This document shows positions 1 to 9,046 of a stretch of DNA of 64,000 nucleotides, in pieces. Where the stretch lies: the NCBI GenBank assembly GCA_001789445.1, contig MFZQ01000003.1, positions 2,796-66,795 of the forward strand, given 5' to 3'. The notes beneath the pieces are model-generated. The model made no database searches and had not been told where the DNA came from. It was given only the letters and a program-made list of their open reading frames with translations. The number at the start of each line of letters is the position of its first letter. Within the stretch, counting starts at the first letter, position 1. Origin of the DNA: Candidatus Roizmanbacteria bacterium RIFCSPHIGHO2_02_FULL_40_13b (GTDB lineage Bacteria; Patescibacteriota; Microgenomatia; UBA1406; HO2-37-13b). A program made the translations under genes and the position numbers.

Positions 1-533
1 TCGGTATGGTTTTTCAAAAACCAAATCCTTTTCCAAAAAGTATTTATGACAATGTCGCATGGGGCCGAAAGATTCATGGAATGAAAGGAGATATGGAAGG
101 AAATGTTGAAAAAGCCCTTCGACAAGCAGCTCTTTGGGACGAAGTAAAAGATAGATTAAATGAGAGTGGTTTATCATTGTCGGGAGGACAGCAACAACGA
201 CTTTGTATCGCTAGAGCTATCGCTGTTGAGCCAAGAGTAATACTTATGGACGAACCAACCTCAGCTCTTGACCCTATAGCAACATATGAAATAGAAGATT
301 TGATTGAAAGTCTCAGAGGATCTTACACAGTGGTTTTGGTTTCACACGATATGCATCAAGCTAGTCGCGTTAGTGAATATGCTGCCTTTATGGCGTCTAG
401 TGAAATTGGTCGTCAAGAACTCGGCGGAACGATTGTAGAATTTGGAACCAAAGATATGTTCTCCCGACCACAAAATCCAAGAACAGAAATGTATCTAAGT
501 GGAAAACGCGAAGCTGTAAAAAAGACTAAGTAG
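1..533 (+). CDS. pstB: Phosphate ABC transporter ATP-binding protein PstB, 5' end outside window
   Basis: ORF 6..533 has [16 protein letters not shown], the ABC signature [16 protein letters not shown] and Walker [12 protein letters not shown]. The frame is open to base 3, so the CDS is truncated. Confidence 0.9.
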   Translation, partial: GMVFQKPNPFPKSIYDNVAWGRKIHGMKGDMEGNVEKALRQAALWDEVKDRLNESGLSLSGGQQQRLCIARAIAVEPRVILMDEPTSALDPIATYEIEDLIESLRGSYTVVLVSHDMHQASRVSEYAAFMASSEIGRQELGGTIVEFGTKDMFSRPQNPRTEMYLSGKREAVKKTK

Positions 534-578
534 CTACTCGATTGTTTTTAGAACCCATATTCTGTATAATTCCCCATC

Positions 579-920
579 ATGACAGGTAGAAGTGAGATGG
601 GTCAAACAACCCAAACAGACGAAGAATTCTTTTTAGATCCAGAAGGTGATTTTATACGAATCGGAGCTCGTGCCAATGCCTTCAGAAGATCGAGTATGAG
701 GGTACAAACCGTTGATTCAGTCTATGATGAAGCAATGAGAAAAAGTATCACGGGTGATGTCGCTAATTTTGTACGATTACATGGAGTGGAAGTATTACAA
801 AAGACGTCTGAGGATTTTAGTAGCCGTGGTGGAAGAAAGGCAGAATTGTCCACTGCAGTAGAGCCATACATCGCTCTTGCTCAAGAAAGAATCCGTGCCG
901 CGGCAGAAGCTGGAGAGTGA
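579..920 (+). CDS. Hypothetical protein (113 aa)
   Basis: Intact ORF in the position where phoU would normally follow pstB, but I recognise no family motif. Confidence 0.4.
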   Translation: MTGRSEMGQTTQTDEEFFLDPEGDFIRIGARANAFRRSSMRVQTVDSVYDEAMRKSITGDVANFVRLHGVEVLQKTSEDFSSRGGRKAELSTAVEPYIALAQERIRAAAEAGE

Positions 921-993
921 TCTATGGAATAAAGTTTTAACATTTTGCCGATTGTAAATCGTCTAATTATCGTCTATAAAACGTCTAAAGATT

Positions 994-1881
994 ATGCAAA
1001 AGGAATTCAAGCGCATATTTGCCGTTTTGAAAAATGGCGCAATACCTGAAATAAAAGTAGCAAAACAAGAACTTGAAAAGCTTTTTAAGGGCGATAGAAA
1101 AAAATTCATACAGAATGCCCACTACGCTCTTGAACAATTGGAAGAATTTGATTCAATCCAAAATCCTGTAAACCAAGCGGCATTCGTTTCGAGCTTGAGT
1201 CTATTTTTCTTCGCCCTTTCTGATACGCATTTTAAGGAACTTAAAGATTTTGTATTAAAAGTGATTTGTCACTCTGATGGCCATGTTCGGGAACAAATGC
1301 GCAAAACTGCAGATTGGCTTTACATTTCAGTGTCATCAAGGGTACGTCCTTTCATGTACCCTAAGGGTAAAAAGTTATCAGAAAAGCAAATAGCAGATCG
1401 AGAAAAAGCAAAGAACGAATTTGCTGAATATCTTAATGATATAGAGTATTTGATGGAAAAATATGATGATGGAAGGTATGACGGGTTCGAATATATAGAT
1501 GACATGAAACCTTCTGTGTACAAAAGTTTGCAACTTCTTTGGAGCGATGTTACTCGTGGTGGTCTTCAGAATGATTTACATACTCCACCTCTGACAATAC
1601 TTGCAAAACGAGAAGAAATAGAAAACGAGTTATTAGAGTATATTAGAGAAATGAAAAGCGATATCACTCTTGAAGAAATTCAAGACGTTATCTATGAGGA
1701 AACTGAGGTTGATGACTTAAATGATGTTATCCGAATGTTTGATATGAGATCGCCATATGAGTTACAAAATGTTATCGAAACACTTAACGACGCATGGAAT
1801 TATTTCCCACATAAAATTCTAGACGGTCTTTGCCCAGCAGAAGTTTTTAGCCAAAACCAAAAAGCAAAAATTATTAATTAA
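994..1881 (+). CDS. Hypothetical protein (295 aa)
   Basis: Long non-overlapped ORF with coding-like composition and no recognisable motif. Confidence 0.5.
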   Translation: MQKEFKRIFAVLKNGAIPEIKVAKQELEKLFKGDRKKFIQNAHYALEQLEEFDSIQNPVNQAAFVSSLSLFFFALSDTHFKELKDFVLKVICHSDGHVREQMRKTADWLYISVSSRVRPFMYPKGKKLSEKQIADREKAKNEFAEYLNDIEYLMEKYDDGRYDGFEYIDDMKPSVYKSLQLLWSDVTRGGLQNDLHTPPLTILAKREEIENELLEYIREMKSDITLEEIQDVIYEETEVDDLNDVIRMFDMRSPYELQNVIETLNDAWNYFPHKILDGLCPAEVFSQNQKAKIIN

Positions 1882-1915
1882 CACATGTTCGTATTGGTTC
1901 GAAGTTTATATTTCG

Positions 1916-1933
1916 GCTGGGGAGCAAGGATTC
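1916..1933. repeat. 18/18 direct copy of the tRNA-Gln 3' end (att-like island boundary)
   Basis: gctggggagcaaggattc is identical to 5774-5791, the 3' acceptor/T-arm of the tRNA on the minus strand. It lies 3 nt from the HepT stop codon. Confidence 0.75.
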
Positions 1934-1936
1934 TAT

Positions 1937-2275
1937 TTAGAGTATATTTTCAAACTTTTTTATTTCCACTTCCAACTCAGGTAGACTTTCTGTAATTGTT
2001 TGCCAGACTATTTCCAGATCAACACCAAAATACTCATGAATAAGTTTGTTTCGCATAGCCTGCATAAATTTCCACGGTAAGTTTGGATATTTTTGTTTAA
2101 ATTCTTCTTCAAGTTGTGTTGATGCTTCTCCAATTGTTTCAAGTTGACGAATAACTGCATCATGAGTTTTATCATCTTCTATAAATTGCTCAAATGTAAG
2201 ACCACGTACATACTTTCCAATCTTATTTATAGCCTCTTGAATATGCTCAATGTAGATTTTAGGATCTTTGTCCAT
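1937..2275 (-). CDS. hepT: HepT-like (DUF86) toxin of a type VII HepT/MNT TA pair
   Basis: Translation contains the RNKLIHEYFGVD motif (Rx4HxY). It overlaps the end of the upstream MNT gene. Start moved to the MDKDPK methionine. Confidence 0.8.
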   Translation of the reverse strand: MDKDPKIYIEHIQEAINKIGKYVRGLTFEQFIEDDKTHDAVIRQLETIGEASTQLEEEFKQKYPNLPWKFMQAMRNKLIHEYFGVDLEIVWQTITESLPELEVEIKKFENIL

Positions 2276-2561
2276 AAATAGTCTGCAAATCTTTAATAAC
2301 AAAAGGTTGTATTCGGGGACTAAGTGCTTTTTTTGTGACTAGCTCTACTTTCCTATGTAATTCTTTACCTAGCTCCTCTTCGGCAGAAAGTAGCTTAAAA
2401 TACGTTACAGGATTCTTAAATTCGACTAATAGATCAACATCACTGTCTTTTTTTTCTTGGTGGCGGGCATATGAGCCAAATAAACCCAAAAACCGAATAT
2501 CGTGTCTCTGACAAAAATCAGCCACTGCTTGTGTATCATTTAGAAAAATAAGTGTATCCAT
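2259..2561 (-). CDS. mntA: MNT-type nucleotidyltransferase antitoxin
   Basis: GLFGSYARHQEKKDSDVDLLVEF matches the GSxxR...DxD minimal nucleotidyltransferase motif. It lies immediately upstream of the HepT gene. Confidence 0.85.
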   Translation of the reverse strand: MDTLIFLNDTQAVADFCQRHDIRFLGLFGSYARHQEKKDSDVDLLVEFKNPVTYFKLLSAEEELGKELHRKVELVTKKALSPRIQPFVIKDLQTIYGQRS

Positions 2562-2619
2562 ACTCTAATTATAGTACACATCCAAAAAGTTTCCGAAGAA
2601 GATGGTTTTATGGTTCAGA

Positions 2620-3117
2620 CTAGTTGTTCAATCTTTCAGTATTATCAGTAAATGATGAATACGTTTCAAATTTCCATCTATTCTTTTCGCTCATTTGCCC
2701 ATTTTCATCATCAGATAGCAAGAATGTTTCATTAATACTCATTACTATTGTTGCTTCACATCCTGTTCCGCAATTATAAGTTATTTTGATATTATTATCT
2801 GGCGTCCATTCCCAACCACTAGTTCTAAAATCCCCAGCATAAAATCTTCTCATTTCATTTGTTTTTAAATTCGTGATAAAAAGTTGGTAATAGTTATTCT
2901 TATCATCATAATTACCTCTTAGAGAGTCCATTCGATATAGTTTGCTAGGAGAAATTTCCGCATCCAAACGATAAAGTAGATGTTTTGCGTATTCTATTTC
3001 ATTCGGATTGTTCACATTAACTTGTTGCGTTGACTTAATGGGAATATTTTTTTCTTTCGCAGGGAACAGGCTTACACCAACAAGTAAAAGTAATAATAAA
3101 AGTAAATATTTTCTCAT
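2620..3117 (-). CDS. Secreted hypothetical protein
   Basis: N-terminal MRKYLLLLLLLLVGVSLF signal-like segment. Its start overlaps the stop of the upstream hydrolase gene by 4 nt (operon-like). Confidence 0.5.
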   Translation of the reverse strand: MRKYLLLLLLLLVGVSLFPAKEKNIPIKSTQQVNVNNPNEIEYAKHLLYRLDAEISPSKLYRMDSLRGNYDDKNNYYQLFITNLKTNEMRRFYAGDFRTSGWEWTPDNNIKITYNCGTGCEATIVMSINETFLLSDDENGQMSEKNRWKFETYSSFTDNTERLNN

Positions 3118-4325
3118 AGTTTATAAAATCGGGTATTGCCAATTTCAACGGTAAGCTTCTTTTGATCAACCCAATCGGGGAGATGGTTTAAGTCTTTTGA
3201 AAGGAAGTGATTTGCTCCCATTGTGGGATCTTTTACTTGATCTAGGATTATAGCTAACGCAGATTCGTAGCTATCTTGCCATGCATTATTTTCAAGAGAG
3301 TTATCTAGCGGTGGATTTGTAATCTTTTTGAAAACATCCTTATTTGGATCATTGAAAGGTTCATATTGTAATGGTTCAAGTATGACAGCATGAAATGTTT
3401 TACCCCACCTATTTTTACTATCTACAACTCTATTTCTAATTGCCCAGCCGACCCCAATTTTTGCTTCTTTTGATTCCCCTCCAGCTTCTCCGTAGATTGC
3501 TCTGGCTAAAATTATTACTTCGGTATCATCGTAAAAATTATTCGTCCATTTTGGATTCTCTATAGTTGGAATATCTTTTGGAAATGATAATTCCTTTCCA
3601 AAATCAAGAATAACTTTTTCTAGTGTTGGCATTCTATCTGCATCAACTTCAACGTAGTGCAATCCTTCTGACTGATTTATTGTGAATAATTGAGTTTCGG
3701 TTTTAGTAGGGGTAGATATAGATAAAAGAGATCCTACAAATCTCCAAAGAACGTGTTTTATTGTTGAGATAAGGCTTCCTTGAATTCTGTTATCTATTTT
3801 TATTTTCACGTCATCGCTATCTTTTTTACGTCGAGAGTATGTAAGACTAAGCGCAATAGATTTGAGAGGTAGATTATCTAAAACAAACGTTATCCATGGC
3901 CGACGGTCACCATCTTCTGCTTTTATTTTTGGATCAAATGTCAATCGTTCAACTGGGTTAAGAGTAAAAACTTGTAACCCATCAAAAGTTGCAATTCCAG
4001 GAGTTTTGTCTGTTTCTAAAAGAAGTGTATGGTTTTCGCCCTTCAAAAAAGTGAGAAAATAAACTGTTTTAGATAAATTATGTAACTTTCCTCCACTAAA
4101 AGCTGCTGGGGAATCGATAAGTGCACTTGATTGAAGTTTTGGAAATAATTTACCATCAATTTTTACTGTTAAATCCTCATCATCTGTCGTTTGATCTCCA
4201 AGTTGTTTTTCACTTTTTACTCGCGCTGTGATAATGATTAAATAGTAAGAAGAAAAACTATGAAATTTTATTTTTTCTTTCGTTTTTATTGCTCTGCTGT
4301 GTTCATCCTCAAAAACCAGTCGCAT
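3114..4325 (-). CDS. Protein with C-terminal SleB-type cell wall hydrolase domain
   Basis: The C-terminal block ILARAIYGEAGGESKEAKIGVGWAIRNRV...QYEPF resembles the Hydrolase_2/SleB family. The N-terminal 270 aa are unknown. Confidence 0.65.
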   Translation of the reverse strand: MRLVFEDEHSRAIKTKEKIKFHSFSSYYLIIITARVKSEKQLGDQTTDDEDLTVKIDGKLFPKLQSSALIDSPAAFSGGKLHNLSKTVYFLTFLKGENHTLLLETDKTPGIATFDGLQVFTLNPVERLTFDPKIKAEDGDRRPWITFVLDNLPLKSIALSLTYSRRKKDSDDVKIKIDNRIQGSLISTIKHVLWRFVGSLLSISTPTKTETQLFTINQSEGLHYVEVDADRMPTLEKVILDFGKELSFPKDIPTIENPKWTNNFYDDTEVIILARAIYGEAGGESKEAKIGVGWAIRNRVVDSKNRWGKTFHAVILEPLQYEPFNDPNKDVFKKITNPPLDNSLENNAWQDSYESALAIILDQVKDPTMGANHFLSKDLNHLPDWVDQKKLTVEIGNTRFYKL

Positions 4326-4431
4326 ACCTCAGTTTATCAAGATTCTATAAAAAAATCTAGTCAATATATAAATCGATCTTTGAGGTCGTAAAAGAGTGTA
4401 AAATATTTGTATGAGTTAGTCATTTGCAATT

Positions 4432-4611
4432 GTGAATAATAGACTTGCCGAAATTTATTTTGAAAAAAAGAAAGACGGGCCTGTTTTTATTGGTCATTGT
4501 TATGTAGAAAAATCAGAATATAAAACTAAGTATGAAAATACTTGGATTGAAGAGGACGTCTCAAGATATAAGTTCATTTATAGAAAAGGAGAATATAAAC
4601 TCAAAATTTAA
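4432..4611 (+). CDS. Possible small ORF (59 aa, GTG start)
   Basis: Only open frame in the otherwise empty 4326-4700 gap. No motif and below the ORF-track cutoff. Confidence 0.2.
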   Translation: MNNRLAEIYFEKKKDGPVFIGHCYVEKSEYKTKYENTWIEEDVSRYKFIYRKGEYKLKI

Positions 4612-4638
4612 TTTTAGAGGGAATTCTTCAATATTTTC

Positions 4639-4656
4639 GCTGGGGAGCTAGGATTC
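4639..4656. repeat. 17/18 direct copy of the tRNA-Gln 3' end
   Basis: gctggggagctaggattc differs from gctggggagcaaggattc at one base and has the same orientation. Confidence 0.65.
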
Positions 4657-4700
4657 CCTGCTAGTGACGGGTAAAGGAAGATTGGGAAAATTAGACCACC

Positions 4701-5360
4701 TTAGAATTTATTTGTATTTATAAACTTTTTCACTGTTTCTTCAAGAAACTTTTTTACTTCATCTGGCTCAATATTTCCTTCATTTTGATTAACAGGAATT
4801 ATTTCGAAGTTTGTGATATCACCAAAATAAGTAAGCTGTTCTAAAAATAACTTGGCATTAAAAAGCGATCCGTATGCTTTTTCCGCTTTTTCAATAATAT
4901 CCTCAAATATAATAACCTTCTTGTTTAGTAGACTATACAGATCAAAATAATCTCTATAAGCCCCTCTTCTACCTATAGTATAAGCTTTTTGTATTGCAAT
5001 GCTTTCAGAGAGATAATATGTTAATTTATCCTCATTGCCTGTTTTGAAATATTCACTAAATGGATAATATATAAACGAAATCTTTGCAGTATCGCTTGTA
5101 TATAAAGTAAGCTCATCAGATGTATCAACAGCTATGCTTTGAATAACAAGAATATTGCGTAGTTTTAAAGCAAAGTTCGGGGATATTTCTTCACTTGAAA
5201 AAAAATCAAAATCATATGATTTTCTATGATTTATTTGTAAAGCAAGAGCTGTCCCTCCAGCAAGAACAAAGTTGGAAATGTATGGCGTAAGTTTTGTCAA
5301 TACATCCAATCTTTTGTTATCCAATATATCGAGATGTAGTTTTGAGATATTTTGATGCAT
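4701..5360 (-). CDS. AbiEii/AbiGii-like nucleotidyltransferase toxin
   Basis: LAGGTALALQINHRKSYDFDFF resembles the AbiEii nucleotidyltransferase core. Confidence 0.65.
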   Translation of the reverse strand: MHQNISKLHLDILDNKRLDVLTKLTPYISNFVLAGGTALALQINHRKSYDFDFFSSEEISPNFALKLRNILVIQSIAVDTSDELTLYTSDTAKISFIYYPFSEYFKTGNEDKLTYYLSESIAIQKAYTIGRRGAYRDYFDLYSLLNKKVIIFEDIIEKAEKAYGSLFNAKLFLEQLTYFGDITNFEIIPVNQNEGNIEPDEVKKFLEETVKKFINTNKF

Positions 5361-5586
5361 CTATGGGATGCGGATAATTTAAAATAAATTTTGATATGAA
5401 ATTAAGCGTTGATGGCCGATATATTTTTAATGGTTTTTCTATAAAAATATTGGTAAGAAGCTCTTTCCCAATAGTTTTCTGGAGTTGAAAAATATCGTGA
5501 AGCGTCCCTAATGCAAGCGTGTTATGAACAAGATCTGGTGAGTCATTAGGAACATTTTTGCTATACCAAACATATGGTGATTGCAT
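5317..5586 (-). CDS. Small protein upstream of the AbiEii-like gene, possible cognate antitoxin
   Basis: Call rests on position only (its 3' end overlaps the toxin start). No motif recognised. Confidence 0.3.
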   Translation of the reverse strand: MQSPYVWYSKNVPNDSPDLVHNTLALGTLHDIFQLQKTIGKELLTNIFIEKPLKIYRPSTLNFISKFILNYPHPIDASKYLKTTSRYIG

Positions 5587-5660
5587 TTATATAGTATAAC
5601 ATAGATGCAGTTTGGTTTGCAGGGGTTCCTCCATTTTCAATATTTGTCTTTAATGACTGT

Positions 5661-5678
5661 GCTGAAGAGCTAGGATTC
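5661..5678. repeat. Degenerate (15/18) direct copy of the tRNA-Gln 3' end
   Basis: gctgaagagctaggattc in the same orientation, 96 nt downstream of the tRNA 3' end. Confidence 0.5.
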
Positions 5679-5774
5679 TCCGCCGGAGGCGGATCTCCTC
5701 CAAAGGCGGATCAGTCTCTGGCTGAAGCTTTTGGCTGAGAACCTATTCCTTCATTGCTAATCTTAACAATTGCG

Positions 5775-5847
5775 CTGGGGAGCAAGGATTCGAACCTTGA
5801 GTCGCGCTGCTCCAAAGGCAGGCGTGTTACCGTTACACCACTCCCCA
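5775..5847 (-). tRNA. tRNA-Gln (anticodon UUG)
   Basis: The reverse complement folds by hand. Acceptor TGGGGAG/CTCCCCA, D stem GTGT/ACAC, anticodon loop CTTTGGA, T arm CAAGG-TTCGAAT-CCTTG, discriminator G. U1:A72 with G73 is typical of Gln. One 27:43 mismatch; no encoded CCA. Confidence 0.85.
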
Positions 5848-6044
5848 GCGCAATTGTTAAACTTTACTGTCTAAAAACTTTCTACCTTGACCACTCACCA
5901 TTTTCCACCCCTATTCTACCAAAAATAGCCTGTAATTTGGCCTACAAAAAAGACGGCAAATGCATGCCGCCTATTTTTGCCCCTTTTATAGTAATTGTGC
6001 CCTTACACAATTAGCTCCACTTTACAATTTCTAACTCACCGTTT

Positions 6045-6467
6045 TCAATTTACTATCTTATGTATTCTTTTTTCCATTGATATATCTCGTATATACACCG
6101 CTTTTATTGCTGTCTGTTCATCATTTACCCAATTTCCAACAACATTCACTTTGTCACCCACTGTAATAAGTTCAGATACTGTTGATTGCGCACCAAACCG
6201 GCGCCTAAACATCGTTTCTCGAGTATCAATCTGATAGATTTTGTCGTCAACCATAACTGTAAGATTAGTTCCTAAAACCGTAGTAATAACACCAGTAATC
6301 TTTGCATTCCAATTCATATTTTTAAAGTTTTCCTTCATTGTAGAAATAAAGTCTGTATTCCCATCCCGCTGGCATGACCTCCCCATTGCAAAAGAGTTTT
6401 GGATCACGAGCGGAGAAAGAAAGAGCGCTGATACAAAAAATCCTGAAAAGATATATTTTCTCAACAT
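6045..6467 (-). CDS. Secreted hypothetical protein
   Basis: Signal-like N-terminus MLRKYIFSGFFVSALFLSPLVIQNSFA. Confidence 0.5.
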   Translation of the reverse strand: MLRKYIFSGFFVSALFLSPLVIQNSFAMGRSCQRDGNTDFISTMKENFKNMNWNAKITGVITTVLGTNLTVMVDDKIYQIDTRETMFRRRFGAQSTVSELITVGDKVNVVGNWVNDEQTAIKAVYIRDISMEKRIHKIVN

Positions 6468-6502
6468 ATACTTTTATATATGCGCAGGTTATGAAAAAAG
6501 TT

Positions 6503-6868
6503 TCACTTTTTATTTGTGAGAAAATAATGAATTCCCGATGTTATACGGCGAATAAACTTCTCTCGTTGTTTGTATAGATGAATCCATAGAATAGCAACGA
6601 TGAAAAAAATGAGTAATACAAAAATAATGAGAAGCTTTGGTGTCTCTTCGTAAATTGCCTGAAGAATGTACACGGGGTCTGATGAGATATTCGTAAAGAG
6701 GCCAAATGTTTCTTGTTCGACGAGACGTTCAAGAAGGGCAAGGGAGATAATGAAAAACGTCGTTATACTAATTAAGAAGATAACAATTTTTACTACCACA
6801 TCAAATACCGTCCGGCTTGTTTCATAGACATAAATTTTATTCAAAATTTTTTCTTCAACGTTTTTCAT
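6503..6868 (-). CDS. Membrane protein, possible anti-sigma partner
   Basis: Two hydrophobic spans. Its start overlaps the stop of the sigma-factor gene upstream. Functional call is positional only. Confidence 0.4.
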   Translation of the reverse strand: MKNVEEKILNKIYVYETSRTVFDVVVKIVIFLISITTFFIISLALLERLVEQETFGLFTNISSDPVYILQAIYEETPKLLIIFVLLIFFIVAILWIHLYKQREKFIRRITSGIHYFLTNKK

Positions 6869-7343
6869 TTTTCATTCGTAGACGGCGAATCGTCGTCTTA
6901 ATCGTATTTACCGATGCCTTCATTCGTTTCGCAATTTCTTCATAAGTATACCCCGCGTAGAGGAGTTTGAGGATGTTTTTTGGTTTTGACGGAAGACCCT
7001 CAATAAAGTTCCGTAGGTCAAATGCATCATGTTTATCAACTTTTCCGATAGTTTCTTTAAGTGAAATCACATTCTTTTTAGATCGAAAATACATTTTCAT
7101 TTCATTTTTTGCGATTTCGAGGAGGTAAGGACGAGCTTGCTTTTTCACATCAAAGGTATTGATGGCTTTATAAAATTTTACAAACGTATTTTGTACGATA
7201 TCATCAACAATGAATGAGTCTTTCAATCGAATTTTCACAAACGTTGTGACGCCTTTGATATGCCGATTCATGAGAAGAGAAAAGTCGTCAATATATCCGT
7301 TCTTAACCCGTTCAATAATTTGTGCGTCAGTCATTTTCTCCAT
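6855..7343 (-). CDS. ECF-type RNA polymerase sigma-70 family factor
   Basis: Region-2-like DDIVQNTFVKFYK and region-4 HTH LLYAGYTYEEIAKRMKASVNTIKTTIRR. Confidence 0.8.
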   Translation of the reverse strand: MEKMTDAQIIERVKNGYIDDFSLLMNRHIKGVTTFVKIRLKDSFIVDDIVQNTFVKFYKAINTFDVKKQARPYLLEIAKNEMKMYFRSKKNVISLKETIGKVDKHDAFDLRNFIEGLPSKPKNILKLLYAGYTYEEIAKRMKASVNTIKTTIRRLRMKNEKR

Positions 7344-7366
7344 CTACTTATGATATACTACTTTCT

Positions 7367-8227
7367 ATGAAATCAGGCACAGTTATGTTAATAGGACGCC
7401 CAAATGTGGGTAAGTCGACGCTCGTAAATAATATCATCGGACAAAAAGTAGCAATCACGTCACCCAAGCCCCAAACCACTCGTTTTGCAATCGAGGCTTT
7501 GTATGAAGATCCTCGTGGACAAATTATTTTTGTCGACACACCCGGGATTTTTAATAAAGCGACCGATGCACTTTCAAAAAAAATAAATAGCCAAACGCTT
7601 CAAACGCTTGGCGATAAAATCGACCTCGTCCTTTATATTGTGGATCCAACACGAAAACGAGATTTTGAGGAAGCTAAGGTTTTGGGAATTGTTCGAAAAA
7701 TTGACAAACCTAAAATTTTAGTTGTAAATAAAGAGGACGAGGAGCAAAAGTATTTACCACAGTATAAGTTCTTGGAAAGTGAATTCGACTCTGTTGTTTC
7801 TGTCTCTGCATTAAAGAGGAAAAATATTAAGACACTTCTCGATACTATTTTTGAAAAACTTCCCGAGGGGGAAGCACTCATCGATAAAAAAGATTATATT
7901 TATCCTGCACTCAATATGGACAGTACTGTTTTTATCGCAGAACTTATCCGTGAAAAATTATTTTTACAACTTCGTCGCGAAGTGCCCTATACTGCAACTG
8001 TTGTTGTTGATGAAATAAAAGAAAGAAATGATAGTTTGACATATATTAGAGCGCGAATTTTAACAACAACTGATGTGTATAAGAAAATGATTATTGGAGC
8101 AGGAGGGAAGCGTATAAAAGAGTTTGGAAGTATGGCACGAGTTGAGCTCGAAGGCGCAACGGGACGGAAAATTTATCTTGATATAACAGTTGAGGTGGAT
8201 AAACACTGGATGCAAACAATGGCATAA
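7367..8227 (+). CDS. era: GTPase Era
   Basis: GRPNVGKSTLVNNIIG (G1), DTPG (G3), NKED (G4-like) and a C-terminal KH region. Start moved to the ATG at 7367 (MKSGTVMLIG). Confidence 0.9.
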   Translation: MKSGTVMLIGRPNVGKSTLVNNIIGQKVAITSPKPQTTRFAIEALYEDPRGQIIFVDTPGIFNKATDALSKKINSQTLQTLGDKIDLVLYIVDPTRKRDFEEAKVLGIVRKIDKPKILVVNKEDEEQKYLPQYKFLESEFDSVVSVSALKRKNIKTLLDTIFEKLPEGEALIDKKDYIYPALNMDSTVFIAELIREKLFLQLRREVPYTATVVVDEIKERNDSLTYIRARILTTTDVYKKMIIGAGGKRIKEFGSMARVELEGATGRKIYLDITVEVDKHWMQTMA

Positions 8228-8269
8228 AATCCACTTGCTAATTACTATGCGTTTTGTTAAATTGTCCAC

Positions 8270-9043
8270 ATGAGTGAAAGTGACCGTCGTACCGCTCTTC
8301 TTATTTCAGGTGGAGGATCTACCGCACAAGCAGTTATTGAAGCGTGCCAAAGCGGAGAGCTCAGAGGAATAGTTCCTGTAGCTGTTATTGCTAGTTCGCC
8401 GACAGCTGGTGGCCTAGAAAAAGCGAGAGCTTTAGGAATCGAAACTCATGTTGTTGAAAGAGATCGAGCCTTGCCCAAAGAGGCTTTTGGTGATAAATTA
8501 CTAGAGCTCCTGCAAAAACTTGACGTTGATTTGATTTCACAAAATGGTTGGATGCCACTAACTCCCGATCCCATTGTCGAAGAGTATGCGGGACGTATCA
8601 TCAATCAACATCCTGGCCCGCTTGACCCTGGTAGAGGAATGGATTTTGGTGGTAAAGGTATGTATGGAGCAAGAGTTTTAGCAGCTCGACTAGCGTATGT
8701 TTGGGCTACTGGAACTGATGAGTCTTGGACTGAGGCCACAACTCATTTTGTAACCCCTCGATACGACGAAGGAGATCTTATTCGTGTTGCTCGACTAGAT
8801 ATTCCACAACTTGATAGACCAATGGCTATGGCTAGTATTGGTGTCGGGCTCTGGGGTCATTATACTAGTCTTCAACCACAACTTTTGCCTCTCGAACATG
8901 AAAATGTTATTGCCACACTAAACATGTTTGGATCAGGCGATGTTGAAGGCTACAGACGAGAAACCCCACTTGTACCAGCTGAGCATGAGATGACTTTAAA
9001 TGATGCAAAAGCATTAGCAATACAAATTTTTCCTAATGGATAA
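8270..9043 (+). CDS. Formyltransferase-family protein, PurN-like
   Basis: LISGGGSTAQAVIEA and INQHPGPL resemble GAR transformylase motifs. It is longer than canonical PurN. Confidence 0.6.
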   Translation: MSESDRRTALLISGGGSTAQAVIEACQSGELRGIVPVAVIASSPTAGGLEKARALGIETHVVERDRALPKEAFGDKLLELLQKLDVDLISQNGWMPLTPDPIVEEYAGRIINQHPGPLDPGRGMDFGGKGMYGARVLAARLAYVWATGTDESWTEATTHFVTPRYDEGDLIRVARLDIPQLDRPMAMASIGVGLWGHYTSLQPQLLPLEHENVIATLNMFGSGDVEGYRRETPLVPAEHEMTLNDAKALAIQIFPNG

Positions 9044-9046
9044 TCA

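Noticed and set aside
5661-5740. Possible second tRNA or tRNA pseudogene (contains ccaaaggcgg, similar to the Gln anticodon region, plus a T-arm-like end)
   Set aside because: The putative acceptor arms (gctgaag at both ends) are direct rather than inverted repeats, and no cloverleaf can be drawn by hand. Kept only as an att-like tRNA 3' fragment.
1934-5774. Calling the tRNA-Gln island a prophage or ICE
   Set aside because: No integrase, capsid, terminase, relaxase or conjugation genes are present. Only att-like repeats and TA/hydrolase cargo are there, so it is described as a decayed integrative island.
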